A stretch of DNA of 64,000 bases from Macrostomum hystrix (taxonomy: Eukaryota > Animalia > Platyhelminthes): the NCBI GenBank assembly GCA_950097015.1, contig CATNEN010000038.1, forward strand, positions 21,514,001 through 21,578,000. The letters are read 5' to 3'. A program made the translations under genes and the position numbers. The notes under the pieces are model-generated. The model ran no database searches. It saw nothing but the letters and a program-made list of their open reading frames with translations, and was not told the DNA's origin. Of the stretch, positions 48,801 through 62,500 are shown one piece after another (positions within the stretch are counted from its first letter, which is position 1; every line of letters starts with the position of its first letter).

Positions 48801-51800
48801 TGGTAGGCAAATAAGGGATCTGTCCAATCTATATGGGATCTGGTAGATGGACAGTCCAATCTACAAGGCTAACACTGACATTCATTCATCAGTTTAACGA
48901 AGTTTAACTCGAAAGGTAAATTATCAAATCTGTTGGCTATTGTGATTGTTACACCTGGTCAGTACAAGATTGACAAGGTTAAATTGTACGACAAGCCCCC
49001 AAGCCTTCTCTCCGCGGCTGCGCCCCAATTTTGGGTAATTAGATTCCACGGCCTTCCACGATTACCGCTCTGCCACCAAGCCCCGATGGATTGCACTGTT
49101 CTTTATATATTAATGAAATGATGATTATATTTGTCAAGTAAGTTTAATACAGTCGTCAATAATGACTATCAGTTAAGTTCATCAGTTTGACGGACTTGTA
49201 TAAGAAAGCGTCGGTGTTTCACATTGCGCCAAAACCGCCACCAGTCATCTTAATTTTGTTAGTAAAATTGCCAATCGACAAGAAGGAAGTCCACAATCCA
49301 CTCTACAAGTATTATACTCTAGTTGCGTTCTATGAAAAATATAGTCTGTGACGGATAAGAAATGCCCTCGTTTTTAGTAGAATACAATAAGCGATCTAGT
49401 CCGATAACGGAGCCCTAGTATGAGCCCGGTTATGGAGCCCTAAGGTTAGCTAGAAAAAAATAGCTTAAAGATAAGTTTGCTACGCTTTTTCAATTCTAGA
49501 CAAATTGATTCTAGGTTGGCTGGTCACAATGCATGCGCACACTTTGCAACCAGGCCGGTTTAAACCTAACTCCTTGTGTTATTTCTCTCACTTGTGTGGT
49601 CAATTGGAATTTCTTAAATGTAATTGAGAATTTCACTGCAACAAAATTCTGATTTATCTGCATGGCAATTAAAAAATCTTTATGTAAAAAAATGCGTTTT
49701 TTTTAATTAGGAATTTATGGAAAGTGTCGGTTATTTTACTGGTGATATGAAATCAGAGACTTGGAAATCAGATATATAGGAAATCAGCCATTTAGGAAAT
49801 CAGCCATTTGGGAAATCAACGATTTAGGAAATCAACGATTTAGGAAATCAACGATTTAGGAAATCAGAGACTTAATAAATCGGCGATTTAGGAAATCAGC
49901 GATTTAGGATATCAACGACTTAGGAAATCAACGATTTAGGATATCAACGATTTAGGAAATCAACGATTTAGGAAATCAGAGACTTAGGAAATCGGCGATT
50001 TAGGAAATCAGAGACTTAGGAAATCGGCGATTTAGGAAATCAGCGATTTAGGAAATCAACGATTTAGGATATCAACGATTTAGGATATCAACGACTTAGG
50101 AAATCAACGATTTAGGATATCAACGACTTAGGAAATCAACGATTTAGGAAATTAGAGACTTAGGAAATCAGCGACTTAGGAAATCAGCGATTTGTTGGAA
50201 ATGACAATGACTTAAGGCAATCGACAATTCGTATAAATCAGCGATAAATGAAAATTGAACCATGAAACGAAATCAATGACAGACATCGACAAGCGCTACT
50301 CCTAAATAAGATCAAGAATATCAAGGATTTCAAGGATATAAAGGTTTCGTGCCTTATAGAATCGGGCACTCACCCATTGCAGGTGGGCCAACCAAATTAG
50401 CGACTCCCTGGAAGAACATCATGAAACCGTAGCCAGTGGTCAAACGCTCCATGCTGAATAGATCGATGATAACTATAGAGCATAGGGAATAGTTGGCGCT
50501 AACTAGAAAGCCATAGACGATGCCGTAGGCCAATAGGCTGACTAGGTCGCGGCACCAAGGCACTAGGAAATTGGCCACTCCAGTTAGGCTCATGCACAGA
50601 GCGTATAGTAACACAGTGTTGACACTGGGAAAATCGCCAATATAGCCAATGATTATTTGGCCAATAGTATTGGACACGCCAATCAGAGCAATTATCAGGC
50701 TAACATCCGAAGTCGATAGGCCAATCTCTTTAGCATGATCCGGCAGGAAAGTGTAAGTGATGTCGTACCAGAAGTACAAAAGAAAATTAGACGCCAAAAA
50801 CGATATATAATCCCAAGAGGTAAATAGAAACTTCACATCCTTGAGTGTCTTGGAGCGCTCCAGACTGCGCCGAAGTTTACTGATTGGCGACACGCGCGAA
50901 GGCGGCGCTCGATTGTGCCGATTCTGACCAGAATGAACCAGTGGCTGCGAAGGCCTACCAAATTCAGGACAAGAGTCCCACAATTCAACTTTCATAGCTG
51001 GACTAAAATAACTCCTAGTGTGCTGCATGAAATAGCGTCTATCAACTGGGAATATTTGTCTGCGAACTGTCTGCGAAGCTGTGTTCAATCTAGGCCGTAT
51101 TTGCTGCTGCTGCTGCTGCTGCTGCGGCAAACACACCACAATAGACATTCGACGAGTTTCGTCATCATCGGCGTGCTGATGTTGATTCTTCTGTTCGTGC
51201 TGCTGCTGTTTCAATTCTAACCGCTTGCGTTGCTTCTGTTGACGAGAAATCTGCTGCGCATACTCAACCAGCTCGTGGGAAGTGTTGGCCTTAACTATAG
51301 GTGGATTGCCCAGTAGGCCACCGTCATCAACAATTCGGGCATCAGCTGCAGTGTCAGCGGCTGCTCGATTGTGATTGGCGTGCACTGTGGCGGAAGAATT
51401 GTACGGCAAATCGGAGGCCAAACGTTTCAAATAGCCAAACTTCAGGCTGGCAATCATGCGCTTTTCGTCAACTTTCTCGGACGACGAGACGGTGAAACGA
51501 TTCGAGGCGCCACTATTCGACGATCTAGACATCTCGGCGCTCAAATAGGTCGGTATGGAGAGGACGGACTTGGCTGACGCCACCGCCGACGAGTTTGCAC
51601 TTGTCTGCGCGGTGCCACGTCGAGATGTCGGCGATCCGGTCAGGGACGAACCCGACGACGAGGTTGACGCCGACAACGACGCCGAACTGCCGCCACCCTC
51701 GGGGCCAATCAAAGCGGCAGTATTATTAACATCGCTAGCCTGTTGAAACTGAACGTACAGTCGATTCATTCGTTTCATTTGCTTAAAATCTGGCGGCTCC

Positions 51801-52477
51801 AAAGGTCGATAAAGAGCACCGCAGACGCATAGATTCAACAGCATGCCGCCAATTATTAAGAAGCCGCCCTGCCACGTGTACTCTTCAATGCAAGCTCGGG
51901 TGATGTAGGCGAATACAACGGTACCAACGCCAGACCCGGACATTGCTAGGCCTGTGGCTAAAGCGCGTCTTTCTAAGAAATAATAGGACACGGCCACAAC
52001 AGCTGGCATGAAGGCTAAGCCGAGTCCTAAGCCAGTCAATAATCCGGCCGAGAATATAAACAGCAAAGTGCTCCGCGGCAAAAAGTAGATTAAAACAAAG
52101 CCCAAGCCGGAGATGAGGCCCCCGGCTATTGTAACAGATCGACATCCGTATCGATCAATCAGCACCGAAGTTACCGGGCCTAATAGCAACGGAACACCAG
52201 CTAAAAATGAGCCAATCCAAGAAATATCCTCGCGCGTATCATTTAAACTAGTGAACAATTCGGACAGTAAGATTCCAAACGAAAATGTCACACCGTCAGC
52301 TACAAGGTTGACAACGAAAGCGGCGGCTACCACAGCCCAGCCGTAGCCGCCGTCTGGTGGCACAATCGGCGTCGGCTCGTAAACCAGTTTAAACCGGTCG
52401 ACGCGTTTTTTATTATCGGCATCGGCTGCTGCAGCCATATCGTCGCCTTCAGCTTCGGCTTCGGCTTCGTCAGGCAT
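45804..52477 (-). CDS. Monocarboxylate transporter (SLC16/MCT family, MFS), ~772 aa
   Basis: Exon 52477-50374 (ATG; PPDGGYGWAVV signature, DRYGCR, YFLERRALATGLAMSGSGVG, long central loop, C-terminal TMs to GPPAMG|gtgagt) is joined in phase 1 to exon 46018-45804 (GHMRDSDSNYDRAFIFSG...stop). Confidence 0.93.
46075..48846. repeat. 40-bp minisatellite (TGGTAGGCAAATAAGGGATCTGTCCAATCTATATGGGATC)n, ~69 copies, in the MCT intron
   Basis: Period 40, built from two related 20-mers. Confidence 0.97.
48980..49084 (-). mobile_element. Short SINE fragment related to 39725-40095 (A box kept, B-box region replaced)
   Basis: AAATTG.ACGACAAGCCCCCAAGCCTTCTCTCCGCGGCTGCGCCCCAA and GCTCTGCCACCAA are shared with 39964-40091. 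Confidence 0.75.
49750..50195. repeat. 16-bp minisatellite (GATTTAGGAAATCAAC)n
   Basis: Period 16. Confidence 0.92.
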
Positions 52478-53104
52478 GGCATATCGCGGTGCTCGACCAA
52501 GATTGAAGACAATTTTCAACAGCTACGTTGACTTTGATTTCACGTTAATGACAGCTTAGCTGGCTGGAAATTTTTTTTAACGAATTGGAGAGACAGAACG
52601 GGATAGTTAATTGGCATTCTTTTATTTATACTTGTTAGACAGCGAATAGCAAATTAACATCTAAATTATCTAGGTTGTCTCTTTCCTTATTTAAATTCTA
52701 TTGCAAGTTATCCTACTAGAACTGTGACAAAAACGGTTTCAAATAAATAGATAAGAGAGCTAACACACTGACAAGCGACTGAGATTCTAATCTATTGAAG
52801 ACGTATTGAGGTCTTCAGAGTCTATTGAGGTACTAAGGCTTAGCTAACGGACAAAAAAACTCACCATAGAGGTCACTTCTGATTAATAAAATAGATATCG
52901 GGTGTTGAAGTCAAGTCCGAACTCTTTTAAACTGCTAAAATTTGTCAGGAAAAGAATCGTTCATAAACAGGTTGTGTACCTATAATTTTCAGGGCCTTAT
53001 CTCTCATTGTGTGAACCAATTGTATAACCATTACAAGTACCTTTTGTCCAGGTCAGCTGCTAAAGATAAGGTAAAACACATACTACAACTAGCTAACGAC
53101 CGAA

Positions 53105-56100
53105 CAAAATAGGTCACACCTGAAGCTAGTGATAGAATCAAATAGATCACACTTGAGGCTAGTTATAGAATCAAATAGATCACACCTGAAGCTAGTGATA
53201 GAATCAAATAGATCACACCTGAAGCTAGTGATAGAATCAAATAGATCACACCTGAAGCTAGTGATAGAATCAAATAGATCACACCTAAAGCTAGTGATAG
53301 AATCAAATAGATCACACCTGAAGCTAGTGATAGAATCAAATAGATCACACCTAAAGCTAGTGATAGAATCAAATAGATCACACCTAAAGCTAGTTATAGA
53401 ATCAAATAGATCACACCTGAAGCTAGTTATAGAATCAAATAGATCACACCTAAAGCTAGTTATAGAATCAAATAGATCACACCTGAAGCTAGTGATAGAA
53501 TCAAATAGATCACACCTGAAGCTAGTGATAGAATCAAATAGATCACACCTAAAGCTAGTTATAGAATCAAATAGATCACACCTGAAGCTAGTTATAGAAT
53601 CAAATAGATCACACCTAAAGCTAGTTATAGAATCAAATAGATCACACCTGAAGCTAGTTATAGAATCAAATAGATCACACCTGAAGCTAGTTATAGAATC
53701 AAATAGATCACACCTGAAGCTAGTGATAGAATCAAATAGATCACACCTGAAGCTAGTGATAGAATCAAATAGGTCACACCTGAAGCTAGTGATAGAATCA
53801 AATAGATCACACCTGAAGCTAGTGATAGAATCAAATAGATCACACCTAAAGCTAGTGATAGAATCAAATAGATCACACCTAAAGCTAGTTATAGAATCAA
53901 ATAGATCACACCTGAAGCTAGTTATAGAATCAAATAGATCACACCTAAAGCTAGTTATAGAATCAAATAGATCACACCTGAAGCTAGTTATAGAATCAAA
54001 TAGATCACACCTGAAGCTAGTGATAGAATCAAATAGGTCACACCTGAAGCTAGTTATAGAATCAAATAGATCACACCTGAAGCTAGTGATAGAATCAAAT
54101 AGATCACACCTAAAGCTAGTGATAGAATCAAATAGATCACACCTAAAGCTAGTTATAGAATCAAATAGATCACACCTGAAGCTAGTGATAGAATCAAATA
54201 GGTCACACCTGAAGCTAGTGATAGAATCAAATAGATCACACCTAAAGCTAGTGATAGAATCAAATAGATCACACCTAAAGCTAGTTATAGAATCAAATAG
54301 ATCACACCTAAAGCTAGTTATAGAATCAAATAGATCACACCTAAAGCTAGTGATAGAATCAAATAGATCACACCTAAAGCTAGTTATAGAATCAAATAGA
54401 TCACACCTAAAGCTAGTTATAGAATCAAATAGATCACACCTGAAGCTAGTGATAGAATCAAATAGATCACACCTGAAGCTAGTGATAGAATCAAATAGAT
54501 CACACCTGAAGCTAGTGATAGAATCAAATAGATCACACCTAAAGCTAGTTATAGAATCAAATAGATCACACCTAAAGCTAGTTATAGAATCAAATAGATC
54601 AAATCTGAGGCTAGTTATAGAATCAAATAGGTCACACCTAAAGCTAGTGATAGAATCAAATAGATCACACCTGAAGCTAGTTATAGAATCAAATAGATCA
54701 CACCTGAAGCTAGTGATAGAATCAAATAGATCACACCTGAAGCTAGTGATAGAATCAAATAGATCACACCTGAAGCTAGTGATAGAATCAAATAGATCAC
54801 ACCTAAAGCTAGTTATAGAATCAAATAGATCACACCTAAAGCTAGTTATAGAATCAAATAGATCACACCTAAAGCTAGTGATAGAATCAAATAGATCACA
54901 CCTAAAGCTAGTTATAGAATCAAATAGATCACACCTGAAGCTAGTGATAGAATCAAATAGATCACACCTGAAGCTAGTGATAGAATCAAATAGGTCACAC
55001 CTGAAGCTAGTGATAGAATCAAATAGATCACACCTAAAGCTAGTGATAGAATCAAATAGATCACACCTAAAGCTAGTTATAGAATCAAATAGATCACACC
55101 TAAAGCTAGTTATAGAATCAAATAGATCAAATCTGAGGCTAGTTATAGAATCAAATAGATCACACCTAAAGCTAGTGATAGAATCAAATAGATCACACCT
55201 GAAGCTAGTGATAGAATCAAATAGATCACACCTAAAGCTAGTTATAGAATCAAATAGATCACACCAAAAGCTAGTTATAGAATCAAATAGATCACACCTG
55301 AAGCTAGTTATAGAATCAAATAGATCACACCTAAAGCTAGTTATAGAATCAAATAGATCACACCTGAAGCTAGTTATAGAATCAAATAGATCACACCTAA
55401 AGCTAGTTATAGAATCAAATAGATCACACCTAAAGCTAGTTATAGAATCAAATAGATCACACCTAAAGCTAGTTATAGAATCAAATAGATCACACCTGAA
55501 GCTAGTGATAGAATCAAATAGATCACACCTGAAGCTAGTGATAGAATCAAATAGATCACACCTAAAGCTAGTGATAGAATCAAATAGATCACACCTAAAG
55601 CTAGTGATAGAATCAAATAGATCAAATCTGAAGCTAGTTATAGAATCAAATAGATCACACCTGAAGCTAGTGATAGAATCAAATAGATCACACCTGAAGC
55701 TAGTGATAGAATCAAATAGATCACACCTAAAGCTAGTGATAGAATCAAATAGATCACACCTGAAGCTAGTGATAGAATCAAATAGATCACACCTGAAGCT
55801 AGTGATAGAATCAAATAGATCACACCTGAAGCTAGTGATAGAATCAAATAGATCACACCTGAAGCTAGTTATAGAATCAAATAGATCACACCTAAAGCTA
55901 GTTATAGAATCAAATAGATCACACCTAAAGCTAGTGATAGAATCAAATAGATCACACCTGAAGCTAGTGATAGAATCAAATAGATCACACCTGAAGCTAG
56001 TGATAGAATCAAATAGATCACACCTGAAGCTAGTTATAGAATCAAATAGATCACACCTGAAGCTAGTGATAGAATCAAATAGATCACACCTGAAGCTAGT

Positions 56101-57885
56101 GATAGAATCAAATAGATCACACCTGAAGCTAGTGATAGAATCAAATAGATCACACCTAAAGCTAGTGATAGAATCAAATAGATCAAATCTGAGGCTAGTT
56201 ATAGAATCAAATAGATCAGACCTAAAGCTAGTGATAGAATCAAATAGATCACACCTAAAGCTAGTGATAGAATCAAATAGATCACACCTGAAGCTAGTTA
56301 TAGAATCAAATAGATCACACCTAAAGCTAGTGATAGAATCAAATAGATCACACCTAAAGCTAGTGATAGAATCAAATAGATCAAATCTGAAGCTAGTTAT
56401 AGAATCAAATAGATCACACCTGAAGCTAGTGATAGAATCAAATAGATCACACCTGAAGCTAGTGATAGAATCAAATAGATCACACCTAAAGCTAGTGATA
56501 GAATCAAATAGATCACACCTGAAGCTAGTGATAGAATCAAATAGATCACACCTGAAGCTAGTGATAGAATCAAATAGATCACACCTGAAGCTAGTGATAG
56601 AATCAAATAGATCACACCTGAAGCTAGTTATAGAATCAAATAGATCACACCTAAAGCTAGTTATAGAATCAAATAGATCACACCTAAAGCTAGTGATAGA
56701 ATCAAATAGATCACACCTGAAGCTAGTGATAGAATCAAATAGATCACACCTGAAGCTAGTGATAGAATCAAATAGATCACACCTGAAGCTAGTTATAGAA
56801 TCAAATAGATCACACCTGAAGCTAGTGATAGAATCAAATAGATCACACCTGAAGCTAGTGATAGAATCAAATAGATCACACCTAAAGCTAGTGATAGAAT
56901 CAAATAGATCACACCTGAAGCTAGTGATAGAATCAAATAGATCACACCTGAAGCTAGTGATAGAATCAAATAGATCACACCTGAAGCTAGTGATAGAATC
57001 AAATAGATCACACCTGAAGCTAGTGATAGAATCAAATAGATCACACCTGAAGCTAGTGATAGAATCAAATAGATCACACCTGAAGCTAGTGATAGAATCA
57101 AATAGATCAGACCTAAAGCTAGTGATAGAATCAAATAGATCACACCTAAAGCTAGTGATAGAATCAAATAGATCACACCTAAAGCTAGTGATAGAATCAA
57201 ATAGATCACACCTAAAGCTAGTGATAGAATCAAATAGATCAAATCTGAGGCTAGTTATAGAATCAAATAGATCACACCTGAAGCTAGTTATAGAATCAAA
57301 TAGATCACACCTGAAGCTAGTTATAGAATCAAATAGATCACACCTGAAGCTAGTTATAGAATCAAATAGATCACACCTGAAGCTAGTGATAGAATCAAAT
57401 AGATCACACCTAAAGCTAGTGATAGAATCAAATAGATCACACCTGAAGCTAGTTATAGAATCAAATAGATCACACCTGAAGCTAGTGATAGAATCAAATA
57501 GATCAGACCTAAAGCTAGTGATAGAATCAAATAGATCACACCTAAAGCTAGTGATAGAATCAAATAGATCACACCTGAAGCTAGTGATAGAATCAAATAG
57601 ATCACACCTAAAGCTAGTGATAGAATCAAATAGATCACACCTGAAGCTAGTTATAGAATCAAATAGATCACACCTAAAGCTAGTGATAAAATCAAATAGA
57701 TCACACCTAAAGCTAGTGATAGAATCAAATAGATCACACCTGAAGCTAGTTATAGAATCAAATAGATCACACCTAAAGCTAGTGATAAAATCAAATAGAT
57801 CACACCTGAAGCTAGTTATAGAATCAAATAGATCACACCTGAAGCTAGTGATAGAATCAAATAGGTCACACCTGAAGCTAGTGAA
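53105..57885. repeat. 33-bp minisatellite (GAAGCTAGTGATAGAATCAAATAGATCACACCT)n, ~145 copies
   Basis: Period 33; gives the 1617-aa repeat ORF. Confidence 0.97.
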
Positions 57886-59536
57886 TGCTCTAACACATTG
57901 TAAGCTAATAACAACTAAATTTCTGACAAAATCACAACGAAAGACTTGTATATTTACTTTGGTGCGTAAAAAGCCTTATTAGTTTGGCAATAACACAACA
58001 GCTAATTCGTATATTTCTTGAGGCAGCAATTTTAAAATTGTGTATGTGCAATTTTAATAACTTTATTATCAATAAAATATATTTCAACTCTTTTTTTCCT
58101 GTAAAAAACTGAAAACAAACTACAACACGTATATTAGCGGCTCTACTTGTAGTAGCAAACTAAGTATCCTAGATAAAAATTTGAAACGAACATCGGCAAA
58201 TGTTATTAACAAACTTTATTAACAAATCAATGACTTCTATGTCTAAAACTTGGTCCTTTTCAGTGAGTTAGAAAACACAGTGTCTGATAAAAAAACTACG
58301 TTATAGGAGACTCAGCTTAACAAATCTCTCTTTTAAGCTTCATTTGTCGCAAAATGAGAAGCGACGTTTTGACGGTCCTTATGCCCTCTCTTTCTTCTGT
58401 TTATCCCCATTTTATGCGTTTATCCTCTCTGTATTGTGTCTTTATTCTCGCTTTCTGGGCCTTATCGTCTGTCTTTCCGATTTCTATTCACTCTCCTAAT
58501 ATTAGATGTTTTTGATAAGTATACCTACTTCCGTTGCTATATACTTTATTTTGCTGTTACCTTACAAAATCTTGTCTATCCTCAGTAACTAAAAATGCAA
58601 CGATCATAAAAAGCAGCTTTTTGGAAACAGCTTATAATTGGTCTATTTAAATGAGAACTTAAGCTTTATACAAGCTACATTTAAGAAGACAAACGTGAGT
58701 TATTTGGCAATAGAAACTTAACATAGAACGTACTCGTATATACCAGTCATGCAGACGATTTTATCAATAAAAATTTGCATCACAAAATAAGAAAAAATTA
58801 GGCAAGTAACATTTTAAATAGAGCCATTGTCGTACGTAGACCTAATGAGTTATGCAAAATATATAACAGTTTTAATACATATTCTAATTATTAAATATAG
58901 GGAGTGTAGCGTCTCCTCAGTCTCCTCAGTAGTATGGTCAAGATAATAATAATTTTTTTACTGTAGGCGAGAAAAAAAGATGTAAAAAACACAGCCAAGT
59001 AGATTTTTTTTAATATATAATTCTCTTTTCTAGTAAGACATTTTTAGTAAAGAAAACAAACTGACAGAGACAGAATATATCTAAAAAATGTAATTTTTAT
59101 TTTAAAGATAATTTAACTGCATAACGTGACCATTTTAATGCCATTCTTATGAATGGTCTTACGATAGTATATCTGTGTGCAGTGTGTACAAATGAAAATG
59201 AGTAATGAGGATAGAAAGAAGACTCCGCATTAGCTCTACTAAATTAGTTTACATTAGCAACAAATGATCACAACAAGTCTGTATACAAGACTCTAGCACA
59301 TGATATTGGATCAGGTAGATTATTATAGATTATAAAAACCTGAGAAATCACTACAATAAGTAAGCAGATCTGTTTCCAGAATTGATCGTTAAATCAAGTT
59401 ACTTAGGTGACGCGTCACTTTCTAAGACGAAAAGTGCATAGTTACTCTAATTAGATGACGAGGCATCCTAAAATTGCAAAATAAGCCATATCTACGCGAA
59501 CCGTTTACTTTTGAAGCAAAGAAGCTACCATTGAGC

Positions 59537-62500
59537 TCAAAGTGCAGTTATCTCCAAATCTTCGTATCCTTGTTCGTCAATTGACGTCGATCGATGATTA
59601 CAAGCCAGTTTTTCCGCAAACACGATTCTCGAAGCCGAAGTAGCCGACGCTGTCGAAGCTCTTCTAGGCTGCGGCGGCGGCAAGGTGCATTGCGCGCGCA
59701 GAAGGCCAACCATACCGCGCCAATTGGTGAGTAGAGCCGAGACTAATGCTAGTCCCAATGCGACGCAAGCGATCAAACAGTTGATCCAGAATACGCAAGC
59801 CAAACGGCCGGACTGATCTTTAGGACTGCCATCCGTCCAGTGCAACCAGATTGCTGGTGGGAGGGGCATTGGGATTAGTTTAACATGCTAACACCTTTTT
59901 TCCCGACATGGACATTTTATTCTCTACACAGGGGCTACGAGACCTCCCACAGGACAGGAACTTTCCCACTTAGCTTATTCACACTGCGATTATTCCCGCC
60001 GAGCTTAATCCCTACCGAGCTTAATCCCTACTGAGCTTAATCCCTACCGAGCTTAATCCCTACTGAGCTTAATCCCTACCGAGCTTAATCCCTACTGAGC
60101 TTAATCCCTACCGAGCTTAATCCCACCGAGCTTGATCCCACCGAGCTTGATCCCAAAAAGCTTAATCCTAACGAGTTAAATCCTAACGAGCTTAAATCAA
60201 CGAGGTTAATCCCTAACGAGCTTAAATCAACCAGGTTAATCACATCCGAGCTTAATCCCTACCGAGCTTAATCCCTACTGAGCTCAATCCCTACTGAGCT
60301 TAATCCCTACCGAGCTTAATCCCTACCGAGCTTAATCCCTACTGAGCTCAATCCCTACTGAGCTTAATCCCTACCGAGCTTGATCCCACCGAGCTTGATC
60401 CTAACAAGCTTAATCCTACCGAGTTTAATCCTAACGAGCTTAAATCAACGAGCTTAATCCCTACTGAGCTTAATCCCTACCGAGCCTAATCCCTACCGAG
60501 CTTAATCCCTACCGAGCTTAATCCCTACTGAGCTTAATCCCTACCGAGCTTAATCCGAACGAGCTTATTCTAACCGAGCTAATTCCCAGCGAGCTAATTC
60601 GAAAGACTTCCCCAAAAAGGGCTTTTATAGTGGGAAAACCTATTTAGCCATCGTATATATGGCTATAATCCTATTTCTCATAAAACTGGGGAAGAATCGC
60701 TGAAACTTACCGCTTCCGATTCCCAACAGCACGCTAGCCAGGCCGGCCAACGACCAGCAGCAGAAGACACTAGCGAAGGCGACAGACCACACGTCCGACA
60801 ATGAGTCGCCTTCAACATCGCGTCGACGCTGCCAACGCCGACAACAATTCCAACCGTAGCAGCAGCAGCGAATCAGATGAGCCGGGCAAGCCGAACTGAA
60901 GATTGCCAAACAGAATCCGATACCGCTGCAGGCAAAGGCCGCTCCGTGAAACGCCGCGCCGAGTCCGCCGCCGCCGCCTTCGCTGTCATTCAAACCGGTT
61001 CTACTAAGCCAGCCAGCCGAAGCCGCTAACGCGACGGCACCAACAACTCCAACCATAGACGTAGCCGCGTCGACAATCGTCTCCGTCGATTTAGGACGCC
61101 TCTGTCCTACGTCGCCGCGTCCAACAGCAAGAACCAAACAGGCTGTGACAATGGTTGCCCCTGGCAACCAACCCAGGCCCAGAGCAGCTAATGCACAATC
61201 ATATCTAGGTAGGGCGCGTTGCAAAGCTAATAGCGGCGGCAGATAGACCAGACAATTAATAGCCGAGGTGAATTGTAAAGCGTAGGATAGGCAAGCTAGC
61301 CAATAGGCTGGTCGACTAAATAGGTAAACTAAAGGCGAGCAATTGTCGGCTACGGATTTGCGACTGTAATACTCACAATTCTTGCACACAGGTTTACTTA
61401 TTGCACAATGCGACTCAGTTGGCAAATCCGAATTACTCCTATTGTTAATATTATTACTAGGTTTATTATTGCTATTAGTGATGTAGCCGCTTTGCTGTTG
61501 CAAGGCCACTAAGGGCACCTGTTCATTAGCTGCTTCTCCGGCGTCGCTATCGTCGCTATCGCTAGCTGCCCTAGCAACTACGTCTCGATCGTGAACGTGG
61601 GCTAAAAATAATTCCGGATCAGATTTTGTTAGTACAAGCTCAGCTAAATCGCTGCGACTCAATTTAATTGGATCATTAGCCGCCGCAGCCGCAGAATTAT
61701 TAGCTGTAGAGCTGAGACAGCGCAAACTGTCCATCGATCTGGCGCGATGCTTAGTAGCCAGCTGATCAACAGACGATCCCGATGCTTGCCGATGCAATGA
61801 GCCAATAGACAGCGAGCCAACTGAGCAACCAGTAGCGTCGTCTTCGTTGCAACTACTGCGAGCCAGCGACCGACTGCGAGACTTATGCTGGGCCGTCAAT
61901 TCTCCATTATTCATATTATTCGTCAGTGCATTAATATTCACGTTAATATTATTATTATTAATTCCATTCGTTGGAGTCAGCAATGATGGAGAGGAATCTT
62001 CTAGGCACTCCGATTGGCTCAGGTCTAGATGACCGCCGTACATCTGGTCGTCCAGTGGCCGATCCATGAGCTCGCTGATGCCTTGACCGCCGTCGACATT
62101 GGCCGTGTGCTCGCTATAGACTAAGTCCATATCTAATTCGCTATTCTCGGGTATAGTTGGCAGATTAGCTGGTTCGCGTTGTAGAAATATTCTATAACTA
62201 TCAGCGCTGGCATTGCTTAACTCGCTGTCCTGCGGTGTGAGAGAAACAACTCTATTGTGAAACATTTTACACACCTAGAGCACACCAATACTAGGTTTAT
62301 ACTTTATTGATATATTTTATTTTATATATTCTATTTTATAAATCTGAAAAACTGAGTAACAGTATAATAACTGTACCGAAGATCAATTGTTCAGTACTTT
62401 CAGTAAGAACGAAGGATAAGTCAAAGAGAACAGATAAACTGAAACTGAAATTCTATGTATTTTACCTCCGCAGTACGAATGCCGTGCTATAGTCTGGGAA

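Noticed and set aside
48880-49200. Further CTGATGA words on the minus strand as hammerheads
   Set aside because: No stem II followed by GAAA and a cleavage triplet; the CTGATGA words in coding exons (about 14753 and 31877) fail the same way.
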